Shown here: in pieces, positions 29,413 through 38,333 of the stretch | Layout: each line of letters begins with the position of its first letter | Position numbering within the stretch: position 1 is the first letter of the stretch | Source of the DNA: an uncultured delta proteobacterium | GTDB taxonomy: Bacteria > Desulfobacterota > Binatia > UBA9968 | Length of the DNA: 64,000 nt | Assembly: GCA_963771465.1 (NCBI GenBank) | Contig: CAVYTU010000017.1 | Coordinates: forward strand, 992,001-1,056,000 | Reading direction: 5' to 3' | Notes under the pieces: generated by a model | What the model was told of the DNA's origin: nothing | Database searches by the model: none | The model's input: the letters and a program-made list of their open reading frames with translations, nothing else | Translations under genes and position numbers: made by a program

Positions 29413-30138
29413 ATGGTTTTTACAAGTTGGCGCGGAGTAGTTGGCGTGGTTAAACCAACCCATCGGCCGGGATCGTTGGAAGAATTCATTCGCCTGATGC
29501 CGGAAGGCGTAGGCGTCGTGCCGGTGTATCTTAACTTCCAGCGCGGCACGGAAGACGAATTTGTTGGGGCGCTCAACGCCGCCCATGAAAAAGTCGCGGA
29601 ACTGGCTAAAGAAGGCGTCGATTTGATTCATCCCGAAGGGGCGCCGGTTTTCATGGTGCATGGCTTCAAAGGCGAGGAAAAAATCGTCAAAGAGTGGGAA
29701 GCCGAATTCAAAATCCCTATCGTCACGGCGGGACAGACGCAAGTCGAGGCGCTGCGCGCTCTAGGCCTAAAGAAAATCGTCGGCGTGACCTATTCATCCG
29801 GCAGTATCAACGACATGTTCAAGCGCTATTTTCAGGAAGCCGGATTTGAAGTCTTGGCGATGGAAGGGATGAAAGTCGACTTCGCCGACGTTGGCCGGCT
29901 AGCGTCCACGGAAATCTATGCGCATACGCGGCAAGTCTTTCTAAACAATCCCGGCGCCGACGGAATCTACATGCTCGGCACCGGCTGGCGCTGCCTCGAT
30001 ATCGTTCACTTACTCGAAGAAGACTTACAGGTTCCCGTCGTTCACGCCGTTCCGGCGCGGGTGTGGGCAGTTCAGAAACGGCTGCACATTAGGCAGAAGG
30101 TGAAGGGATTCGGCAAGCTGCTCGAAGAGATGCCGTAA
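29413..30138 (+). CDS. Asp/Glu racemase superfamily protein (maleate isomerase / arylmalonate decarboxylase-like)
   Basis: EALRALGLKKI.GVTY, YFQEAGFEV, ADGIY, LEEDLQVPVV, GFGKLL patterns; AAGGAG RBS. Confidence 0.8.
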   Translation: MVFTSWRGVVGVVKPTHRPGSLEEFIRLMPEGVGVVPVYLNFQRGTEDEFVGALNAAHEKVAELAKEGVDLIHPEGAPVFMVHGFKGEEKIVKEWEAEFKIPIVTAGQTQVEALRALGLKKIVGVTYSSGSINDMFKRYFQEAGFEVLAMEGMKVDFADVGRLASTEIYAHTRQVFLNNPGADGIYMLGTGWRCLDIVHLLEEDLQVPVVHAVPARVWAVQKRLHIRQKVKGFGKLLEEMP

Positions 30139-30145
30139 GGTCGAA

Positions 30146-31139
30146 TTAGAACCTGCCTTCTTTTTCCAGTTTCCTGACAAACCGATCGTCGACCAATTCT
30201 TCCGCTTTGAGTTTGCGGATCTTTTCGTTGGTTTGACCGAGCAGGCGGATGACGTTACGCACGCCGTCGGCGCGCGGATAGATTTTTCTTCTCATAGATA
30301 TTCGCAAGCGTGTCGTAGCCTTCCATGGCTTGTTCAATACTTTTCAGCCGCAGTCCCTTCATCAGACTTTTCAGTACCGCCGGTTTGTTTTCCGGTTTTT
30401 CGACGAACTGAAGCGCGTCGACTACCCCGCGCAGGACGTTCTCGACGACTTCGGGGTGCGAGTTCATGTAGCGCCGGGTCGTCAGGACGCCGGTACTTTG
30501 GAAAGGGATCGGCAATTTGGCGAGGTCGCCGAGATTGGTAAAGCCTTTGCTGATCAACGGCGCGGAAAAGGTATAACCCAAATGCGTCGCGGCGACGGTG
30601 TCATTGAGCAGCGCTTGGCTGCGCACCGACTCATCGCCGAGAACGCGAAAACTAATGCCGTCGCGTTTGGCATCCAAACCCCAATATTCGAGCGCCATCG
30701 TCGTGAACATCCAACTGCCGCCGCTGGCGCTGGTGACCGCGATGACTTTGCCTTTCAAGTCAGCTGGCATTTTGATTGTCGGCGACGCCATGATGTTACC
30801 GATGAGCTTGTTGATGATGCCCGCGACGAATACCAAATCCATACCTTCGGCGGCGGCGCCGAGCACGGCGCCAGTGGCTGACCCGGAATGCAGCTGGGTT
30901 TCGCCCGAAGCCAGCGCCGCCATGCCAACCGGCCCATTGCGGACGGTGACGAAAGTCAATTCCAACCCATAGCGACGAAAAATACCTAGGTCTTGAGCCA
31001 CGTACATCGCCGCTTCGCGCTCGCTGAACGAGCCGCTAGTCATTATGACTTTCGTGATGGCTTGAGCAGCAAAAACAGGTGAGACGGCGAACATGAGCCA
31101 GCAGCAGACCCATTGTCCGACGGCGAATTTTAATTTCAT
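30146..31139 (-). CDS. ABC substrate-binding protein (NMT1/SsuA-like); frameshift in homopolymer at 30283-30287
   Basis: Signal peptide, YVAQDLGIFRRYGLE, ADLKGKVIAV; C-terminus IYPRADGV...VDDRFVRKLEKEGRF lies in the shifted frame. Confidence 0.85.
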
Positions 31140-31265
31140 GATTTTCCTCCGCGAACCGACAGTAAAGAAAAGCGACAGCGGGGTCAAGACGAAATTCCCT
31201 TGCGCCGGTGTCCGTGCTATAGACTAGTGAAATCTCGAAAACTCAATCTACCGGCGCAAATCCCA

Positions 31266-32084
31266 ATGATCCTTGAAGCGGAAAAATTTCGTAGTTTCGA
31301 ACACGCCGGCTGGCAGGAAATTCCTGCCGGCTATCACGAAGCTTTCGGTAGCCTGACAACGCAGACCATCGAGGCGCTACTCGACGCTGTGCGTTTGAAG
31401 AAGGATATGAGCTTTCTCGACATCGCCAGTGGACCCGGCTATCTCGCCGCCGCGGCAGGCCAGCGCGGCGCGACGGTGCTTGGGGTCGATTTCTCCGCGG
31501 CGATGGTCGAGCAGGCAAAAAAACTTCATCCCGGTGTCGAATTTCGCGAAGGCGATGCCGAGAATCTGTCGCTCGGCAACGGTTTGTTTGACGCGGCGGC
31601 GATGAATTTCGGCATCCTTCATTTGGGCCAACCGGAGTTAGCTTTATTGGAAGCGCTAAGAATTCTTCGCGGCGGCGGCCGCTTCGCTTTCTCTGTCTGG
31701 GCCAAGCCGGAAGAAACCATCGGTTTTGACATCGTCCTGCGCGCCGTCGAGTTACACGGCGAGCCCCGCGTCGAACTGCCCGAAGGCCCGCCATTTTTTC
31801 GTTACAGCGAACCGGACGAATGCACTCGCGGCTTGCTCGTCGCGGGTTTTGAGTCGCCGAGCGTCACAAAGGTGATACAGAGGTGGCGTTTGCCGGCTGG
31901 CGATGGGCTTTTCAATGCGATGAAAGACAGCACCGTGCGCACCGCCGGTCTGCTGCGCGCACAAAAACCGACGATACTCAAAAAAATCCGCGATGAAATG
32001 CGTGCTTCGGTGGAGCGATATACCAAAGGGGATATCGTTGAACTGCCAATGCCGGCGTGGATTGCCGCCGGGGTGAAGCCGTAA
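31266..32084 (+). CDS. Class I SAM-dependent methyltransferase
   Basis: LDIASGPG, GVDFS, GDAENL, FDAA. Confidence 0.9.
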   Translation: MILEAEKFRSFEHAGWQEIPAGYHEAFGSLTTQTIEALLDAVRLKKDMSFLDIASGPGYLAAAAGQRGATVLGVDFSAAMVEQAKKLHPGVEFREGDAENLSLGNGLFDAAAMNFGILHLGQPELALLEALRILRGGGRFAFSVWAKPEETIGFDIVLRAVELHGEPRVELPEGPPFFRYSEPDECTRGLLVAGFESPSVTKVIQRWRLPAGDGLFNAMKDSTVRTAGLLRAQKPTILKKIRDEMRASVERYTKGDIVELPMPAWIAAGVKP

Positions 32085-32085
32085 G

Positions 32086-32189
32086 GAAAAGTGCTGAGCA
32101 ATGAGCACTGAGTCCTGAGGTCTGAATTGAATTAATCCTAAGCTCCGGGTTTATTCTCAGCACTCAGGACTTCGCACTCAGCACTTTTC
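32086..32189. repeat. Inverted heptamer tandem-repeat hairpin (GTGCTGA-type), possible bidirectional terminator
   Basis: Perfect 13-bp terminal IR GAAAAGTGCTGAG/CTCAGCACTTTTC with 4-5 degenerate heptamers per arm; fills the gap between convergent stops. Confidence 0.8.
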
Positions 32190-32193
32190 ACTC

Positions 32194-33801
32194 TTATGGT
32201 CCATGGTGCGTCGCCAACGGGCTCGCGTCAGCCAGCTCCATCAACTTTCTCGCTAACGCTTCGGTTAAATCGTGACGGTGTTTCTGTGCTTGCGGTTGCT
32301 TCCACAGATTGTTCATCTCGTACGGGTCTGCGGCTAAATCGTAAAGCTCACCCCAATTCGCGCCTTCGTACAGAGTCAAGCGATGTTGTTTGGTGATGAG
32401 ACTACGGGCGCGGAAGTTGTTATTGAATCCCATGTAGCCGCGGCGCTGGTGTTCCTCAATGACCAATGCGTCGTGTCCGGTTGGATCGCCGCTAACCGCC
32501 TGCAGCAAACTGACTCCTTGCATGCCGTTCGGTTCGCCTAGGCCGGCGCGGTCGAGAATGGTGCTGGCGAGGTCGAGAGTGCCACATAATCCTGTGTTGA
32601 CCAGGCCGCTGGTTTCAACATTCGGATCGCGCCAGATAAACGGCACGCGCACCAGGCCGCGATAGTGCAACGCGCCTTTTAACAGCAATTGGTGGTCGCC
32701 CATGAAGTCGCCGTGGTCGCTGGTGAATATTACCACCGTGTCCTCATCGAGCCGGAGTGTTTTCAACCAGCCCAAGATGCTGCCAATGGCATCGTCGACC
32801 ATCGTGATCATGCCGTAAGTCAGCGCGGTGGCTTCGCGGACTTCGCGCTCGGTGATGGCGAACGTGCGTTGACCGTCCCGGTTGGCTTTGTTGGCGGTGC
32901 GCTCGTCGTAGAGTTTCTGCAAGTGGGGCGTGATCGGCCGCTCGCCCGAATTGAAAGACGGCGGCAGAGTAATCTGCTCGGGGTCATACATATCCCAGTA
33001 GCGTCCCGGCGGCGTGAAAGGATGGTGCGGATCGGGAAACGAGCATTGAATGAAAAATGGCTTGGACCGATCGCTGCGCGAATAGTTTTCCAAATACTTG
33101 ATCGTGCGTTCGGCGACGTACGCGGTTGGATACGAATCTGCCGGTATGCGTGTGCGCCACGCTTGCGGCGCGATGTAAGTATTTCCCGGCAATTGATTTT
33201 GCGCTCCACGCAATTCTTTAGCGTCGGAATGGCGCGCGTGGAGCCATCTTTCATAGTGACCGACCACTTGATCGCCGTGACCGACGGCGAGCTCGACATG
33301 GCCAAAACCGTAATAGGGCAAAGTCAATTCGAACGCAGGATCGTTTTGCCAGGTCGAGCGCAACTCTTGATCGTAGCGTCCGTGGCCGGGCCAGCTGCGG
33401 TCGGCTTCGCGTAAATGAGCCGGCGGCTGAATCTTGTTCGGGTCCGGCTCCGGCATGCCAATGGTCGGCGGATTGCCGCTGATACTTTGCAGATGACATT
33501 TGCCGAAGAGCACGGTGTCGTAACCCGCCGAGCGCATGACTTCGACGAACGTGGTTGCGTTGAGCGACAGCGGAATGCCATTTTGCCGCGCGCCGTGCAG
33601 CGACGGCATGCGTCCGGTCATGAGCGTGGCCCGGTTGGGCATGCAGATCGGCGTAGCGACGTAAAAATTCTCAAAGCGCGTACCGTTCTCGGCGAGCCGA
33701 TCGATGCTCGGCGTCTTGACGACTTTGTTGCCGTAACAGCCGAGATGGTCGGCGCGATGCTGGTCGGTGATGATTAAAAGAAAATTTGGCGGTTTCGCCA
33801 T
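32194..33801 (-). CDS. Sulfatase (Cys-type, choline-sulfatase-like)
   Basis: IITDQHRAD, CMPNR (CxPxR), GKCH, DPHHP, SDHG, ELYDLAADPYE. Confidence 0.93.
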   Translation of the reverse strand: MAKPPNFLLIITDQHRADHLGCYGNKVVKTPSIDRLAENGTRFENFYVATPICMPNRATLMTGRMPSLHGARQNGIPLSLNATTFVEVMRSAGYDTVLFGKCHLQSISGNPPTIGMPEPDPNKIQPPAHLREADRSWPGHGRYDQELRSTWQNDPAFELTLPYYGFGHVELAVGHGDQVVGHYERWLHARHSDAKELRGAQNQLPGNTYIAPQAWRTRIPADSYPTAYVAERTIKYLENYSRSDRSKPFFIQCSFPDPHHPFTPPGRYWDMYDPEQITLPPSFNSGERPITPHLQKLYDERTANKANRDGQRTFAITEREVREATALTYGMITMVDDAIGSILGWLKTLRLDEDTVVIFTSDHGDFMGDHQLLLKGALHYRGLVRVPFIWRDPNVETSGLVNTGLCGTLDLASTILDRAGLGEPNGMQGVSLLQAVSGDPTGHDALVIEEHQRRGYMGFNNNFRARSLITKQHRLTLYEGANWGELYDLAADPYEMNNLWKQPQAQKHRHDLTEALARKLMELADASPLATHHGP

Positions 33802-33907
33802 GTCGTCGATTTCCGTTTCTCGCTCGATCCAAGTATCATAAAGCGACTTCACTGCGCTAGTAAGAAAATTCAGCCATGAGCCGCGGCGGATGTAGAATTT
33901 ATCACCG

Positions 33908-34981
33908 ATGATGAACGATTTTGTCGAGTACTGGGCTGCCGCTCAGCTCTTGTTGTCAGGCCGCAATCCCTACTCGCCCGAAGAGCTGTTGAAGCTAGAA
34001 TCCTCGGTTGGCTGGGCTGAGTCCAGCGCCTTGATTATGTGGAATCCGCCTTGGACTTTGACGTTCCTATGGCCCTTTGGCTTGATCAGTTACGATACCG
34101 CGCAATTCATCTGGTTTCTGTTCCATACTTTGATCGTTTTTCTTGGCGCGCAAGTTTTATGGGCTATTTGCGGCGGCGCCGTCGAGAAAAAACGGATGGC
34201 GGAAATCGCCGTTTTGACCTTCGCGCCGGTTTATTTCGTTCTCCTGATCGGTCAAATCGGGCCGTTGATCTTGCTCGGAGTCATCGGCTTTCTTGCCGCG
34301 GCAAAGAAAGAGGCGTGGGTGTGGGCGGGGGCAAGCTTGGTTTTGATTGCGATCAAGCCTCAACTGCTTTATCTGATATGGCTGGCATTTTTCTTTTGGG
34401 TCGTAAGGGAAAAATGCTGGCGTGCGCTGTTCGGTTTGATCAGTGCCGGTGCGATCGCTGCGCTGCTTCCGCTCGCTATCGATGGCGAGATTTATTCGCA
34501 ATACGTTCAGTTGTTCTCTGCTAGCGGCATCGTTCGTCCTACCGAATGGGCGACACCGAGTTTGGGTACGGCGCTGGGCGAGATCTTTAGTATCCGCGCC
34601 GCGTGGCTTCGCTGGCTGCCGACTCTGTTCGGCACTCTTTGGTTTCTCTGGTATGACCGCCGTCATTCGACCGTTTGGGATTGGCCGTCGCATTTGCCGC
34701 TTATTTCCTTGGTCTCGGTGGCCACGGCTAGCTTTGTCTGGACCTTCGATCAGGTGGTGCTGCTGCCGGCGCTTATCCAAGCGACAGTTTGGTGGGCAAA
34801 GACACGCGGCACTGCTGTGAGCAAAATGGTTCTCAGCAGTTATCTCATAATGATGGCTCTTGTGCTGCTGGCGAAAGTGTTTGTGCGAAACGACCTATGG
34901 TACTTTTGGCTGGCGCCGATGCTATTGCTCTGTTATTTGGCTTTGCAAAAAACCGGCGCGCGCCGGGTAAAAATCGTCTAA
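33908..34981 (+). CDS. GT87/DUF2029-like polytopic membrane glycosyltransferase
   Basis: DFVEYWAA, NPY, WNPP, IGQ, IKPQ and many TM helices. Confidence 0.8.
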   Translation: MMNDFVEYWAAAQLLLSGRNPYSPEELLKLESSVGWAESSALIMWNPPWTLTFLWPFGLISYDTAQFIWFLFHTLIVFLGAQVLWAICGGAVEKKRMAEIAVLTFAPVYFVLLIGQIGPLILLGVIGFLAAAKKEAWVWAGASLVLIAIKPQLLYLIWLAFFFWVVREKCWRALFGLISAGAIAALLPLAIDGEIYSQYVQLFSASGIVRPTEWATPSLGTALGEIFSIRAAWLRWLPTLFGTLWFLWYDRRHSTVWDWPSHLPLISLVSVATASFVWTFDQVVLLPALIQATVWWAKTRGTAVSKMVLSSYLIMMALVLLAKVFVRNDLWYFWLAPMLLLCYLALQKTGARRVKIV

Positions 34982-35052
34982 CCCCGCGCGCGCGCTCAAT
35001 TAGCTTGCTTGCCGATATTGGATCGTAGTACAGCCGAGCCGAGGAGAACTGC

Positions 35053-35568
35053 ATGATCGATGCGGCCGTAGTCATTCCTGTCTATCGAACTCGCGATGGC
35101 GAGCTTCACGTCGTGATGATTTTGCGCAATCCCGGCGGCGTGCACGGCGGCCAGATCGCTTTTCCCGGCGGCAAGCACGATCTCGCTGACGAGACGATGT
35201 TAGACACGGCGCTGCGGGAGCTACATGAAGAACTTGGATTGTCATCGGCGCGGGAAGACGTGCTTGCCGAACTGCCCATGGAACAGACGCGCACGACCGG
35301 TTACCGCGTCTTTCCTTATCTGGTGCGGATCACTGTGCCCGAGCAGTGGCAAATCGCCGAGCGCGAGGTCGCCGAGCTGTTCGACGTCAAGCTCAGCGAT
35401 CTTTTGCGCGCCGGCGCCCACGACAAAATGATCGAGCGCTTTCCAACTTGGCAGAAAGCGGAGCAGGTTTCATTTTATCAAATCGGTACCCATCGGCTCT
35501 GGGGCCTTTCGTATCGAATTCTTCATCCCATCATTCCGCGTTTGGCGGCGGGTGAGTGGGCCGTGTGA
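35053..35568 (+). CDS. Nudix hydrolase (CoA pyrophosphatase-like)
   Basis: HGGQIAFPGG and TALRELHEELG Nudix box; LWGLS. Confidence 0.9.
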   Translation: MIDAAVVIPVYRTRDGELHVVMILRNPGGVHGGQIAFPGGKHDLADETMLDTALRELHEELGLSSAREDVLAELPMEQTRTTGYRVFPYLVRITVPEQWQIAEREVAELFDVKLSDLLRAGAHDKMIERFPTWQKAEQVSFYQIGTHRLWGLSYRILHPIIPRLAAGEWAV

Positions 35569-35583
35569 AGTTGTGTTCGTGAG

Positions 35584-35615
35584 TCGTGTTCGTCGGACTG
35601 CAGTCTCGAACACGA
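35584..35615. repeat. CGTGTT/AACACG hairpin
   Basis: TCGTGTTCG...CGAACACGA around the palindrome GACTGCAGTC; same unit as 51039-51105. Confidence 0.6.
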
Positions 35616-35686
35616 AACCATGCGCGTATCGCAAAGAAGTGTTTTTAAATGTCGCAATAGCTTGGTTAGAGGGAAGGAGAATACCA

Positions 35687-36901
35687 ATGGACTTTAGTTT
35701 ACAGCAGGACACGCCTGAGATCGGCGAGTTCCGCCAAGAGGTGCGCAGTTGGCTGGCGGACAATATGAAAGGCAGCGAGCATCTGCGCTGGTCGGGCAAC
35801 TGGTCGACGCGGGAGAATGACGAGGAGTATACGTTTCGCCGCGCATTGGCTGGCAAGTTGGGAAAAAAACGCTGGCTCTTTCCCACTTACCCGGTGAAAT
35901 ATGGGGGCGCCGGTTTGAGCCTCGATCATCAGTTCGTTCTCGAAACCGAAATCGATCGTTATGGTCTATCGCTCGGCTCCGTGTTTTACACCTTAGCGCG
36001 ATTGGTCGCGCCGGCGGTGATGAAATTCGGCACCGAGGAACAGAAGACGGAGTTTTTGCCGCCGATGGCGCGCGGCGAATTGGCGGTGTGGCAAGTTCTC
36101 ACCGAGCCGCAAGGCGGTAGCGACGTGGCCAATTGCCAAACCAAAGCGATTCGCGACGGCGATCACTTTATCGTCAATGGCCAGAAAGTTCTGGTTGGCC
36201 ATCACCTGCCGCCGGATTATCTCTGGACTTTTGTTTGCACCAACCCGGCGGGCAAGCGCCATGAGAATTTAGGTTGGCTTTATATTCCCGCCAACTTGCC
36301 GGGGATCACGTTGCAACACATGCATCTCATGATGGGCATCAAGAATGCGATTTTCTTCGACAACGTTAAAGTGCCGGCGAAATATCTCGTCGGCGGCGAA
36401 AACAACGGCTGGAAAGTGGCGAACAGCTATCTTGAATTAGAGCATGGCGGCGGTGGCAGTGTCGCCGAACAGCCGCTGTTTAAGCGAATCATCGAACATT
36501 GTCAAAAAACTAATTTCGACGGCGAAAGCTTGATGGAAGATCAGGACATCCGCGATGAGGTCGCCGATATGTTGATCGATCTCGACGTGCAGCGGCTGAT
36601 GGGGCTGCGCAACTTCTGGCATCGCTACGTGCGCGAGCCGCATCCGTATGGTGGCCCGCAGTATCTTTACTTCCAGCGCATGGTGCGGCTGCGCAACTCC
36701 GAGAGGGTGCAAAGAATCCTCGGCTACGACGCATTGGTGCCGGACAATTCAGTCCACGAAGTGGCCGATTTCGAATACACGGTACGTAGCGGCCCCGGCT
36801 GGCTTCACGGCGGCGGCACGTTGGATACCGATCGGCTGATCATCGCGCGCCGCTTGGGTCTCGGCCGTCCGGCGCAAGAAGCCGCACCGACTACGGTGTA
36901 G
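35687..36901 (+). CDS. Acyl-CoA dehydrogenase (FadE26/29-like subunit)
   Basis: TEPQGGSDVA, VNGQK, FFDNVKVP, GGENNGW, LELEH, GGGT; AAGGAG RBS before ATG 35687. Confidence 0.9.
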   Translation: MDFSLQQDTPEIGEFRQEVRSWLADNMKGSEHLRWSGNWSTRENDEEYTFRRALAGKLGKKRWLFPTYPVKYGGAGLSLDHQFVLETEIDRYGLSLGSVFYTLARLVAPAVMKFGTEEQKTEFLPPMARGELAVWQVLTEPQGGSDVANCQTKAIRDGDHFIVNGQKVLVGHHLPPDYLWTFVCTNPAGKRHENLGWLYIPANLPGITLQHMHLMMGIKNAIFFDNVKVPAKYLVGGENNGWKVANSYLELEHGGGGSVAEQPLFKRIIEHCQKTNFDGESLMEDQDIRDEVADMLIDLDVQRLMGLRNFWHRYVREPHPYGGPQYLYFQRMVRLRNSERVQRILGYDALVPDNSVHEVADFEYTVRSGPGWLHGGGTLDTDRLIIARRLGLGRPAQEAAPTTV

Positions 36902-36908
36902 AAGTGTT

Positions 36909-36997
36909 TACCACAGAGAGCACAGAGAAAATGGAGTAGGGACGCGATTCATCGCGCCCTCGGAGTCGGAGATTTGACCGCAAAGGACGCAAAGAGG
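36909..36997 (+). repeat. Cluster of short repeats: 9-mer doublets and a REP-like GTAG hairpin
   Basis: ACCACAGAG-AGCACAGAG; GTAGGGACGCGATTCATCGCGCCCT (36936-36960); TTGACCGCAAAG-GACGCAAAG. Confidence 0.7.
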
Positions 36998-37075
36998 AAT
37001 TCGAAGTTGTCGATGCAGCCCCGTGGTTACCTTACCGATAGTGCCCACGGCGCTCAATCGAAAGGATAGGGACGT

Positions 37076-38212
37076 ATGGACTTAAAACTGAACGACGATC
37101 AAAACATGTTGAAGAAAGTGGCAGCGGATTTCGTTAAGGCAGAGGCGCCGTCGTATGTGATCACGGATTGGTACCAGAAAAAGCTTGCATTCATCCCGGC
37201 GCTTTACAAAAAAACCGCTGAGGTCGGCTGGCTCGGCATGATGGTGCCCGATGAGTTTGGCGGCGGCGGTACTTCCCGCATGGATTGCGCGGCGGTGTTT
37301 GAAGAACTCGGCCGCGGGCCGTTGCCGGGGCCGTATTTTTCCTGCGGCGTGTTGGCGGCCCAGTTGATTCTCGACGGCGGTTCGCCACAGCTCAAGAAAA
37401 CTTGGCTGGCAAAAATCTGCGACGGCAGCGCGGTGATTATCCCGGCGCTCTCCGACGATCAAATTCAGTTCGGACCGCGCTCGGTGCAGACGCGCGCGTT
37501 CAAATCGGGCGATGGTTACAACCTCACCGGCACCAAACGCTTCGTACAGGACGGCGCCGCGGCGAGTCATTTCATCGTCGCGGCGCGCGACGAAGTTGGC
37601 CAAGTGGTGTTGGCGCTGGTGGATCGAAACGCTCCGGGCGTGGGCGTGAATGTGGTCGACGGCTTCATGATCGGCGCGGTCGAAGTTAAGCTCGACGGTG
37701 TAACAGTTACCAAGGATGCAATGTTGAATGGCAGCGCTGGTGGCTGGTCCGTGGTGGAGTCGTCGCTAGGCAAAACTCTGCCGATTCTCTGTGCCTATAA
37801 AGTCGGCGCCTGCCAAGAAATTTTTGACATGACCAACGAATATACCCGCACGCGCGTGGTATTCGGCCAACCGATCGGGCGCTTTCAACGCGTCCAGGAT
37901 CATTGCGTCGACATTTCGATCCACCTCGATGGCGCGCGCTGGACGACCTACGAAACTGTGTGGAAGCTGGATAGTGGCGTTGAAGCGCGGGCGAGCGTGC
38001 ATCAAGCCAAAGCGGTGGCGAGCGAGGGCTATTATCAGTCCTGTAATTTTTCCCATATGGTCTTTGCCGGCGCCGGTACTGACTACAAGCATCCGCTGAT
38101 GGCGCACAGCGTGCTGGCGCATTCCTTGTATCAGTATCTTGGCACGCCGCTCTATCACAAGCGGGCGATGGTCGATGCGTTGTATCCGCGGACGGCCAGA
38201 AAAGCCGGTTAA
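37076..38212 (+). CDS. Acyl-CoA dehydrogenase (FadE27/28-like partner subunit)
   Basis: GWLGMMVPDEFGG, FEELGRGPLPGP, GTKRFV, RVVFGQPIGRFQRVQ. Confidence 0.9.
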   Translation: MDLKLNDDQNMLKKVAADFVKAEAPSYVITDWYQKKLAFIPALYKKTAEVGWLGMMVPDEFGGGGTSRMDCAAVFEELGRGPLPGPYFSCGVLAAQLILDGGSPQLKKTWLAKICDGSAVIIPALSDDQIQFGPRSVQTRAFKSGDGYNLTGTKRFVQDGAAASHFIVAARDEVGQVVLALVDRNAPGVGVNVVDGFMIGAVEVKLDGVTVTKDAMLNGSAGGWSVVESSLGKTLPILCAYKVGACQEIFDMTNEYTRTRVVFGQPIGRFQRVQDHCVDISIHLDGARWTTYETVWKLDSGVEARASVHQAKAVASEGYYQSCNFSHMVFAGAGTDYKHPLMAHSVLAHSLYQYLGTPLYHKRAMVDALYPRTARKAG

Positions 38213-38333
38213 AGGTGATGCTGAAGAGGTAGGAATCAACGCGAGACGGACGGTGAGATTATAGCCGTTTAAATTTTCCGATTTGCTTGCGATTGATGAA
38301 TATGTCGGGATGGGGGGAAGCCTTATTGCTGAA

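Noticed and set aside
1680-30290. Programmed ribosomal frameshifts or phase variation at 1686 and 30285 (and the later sites)
   Set aside because: No slippery heptamers or long homopolymer tracts; scattered single-base insertions fit sequencing error better.
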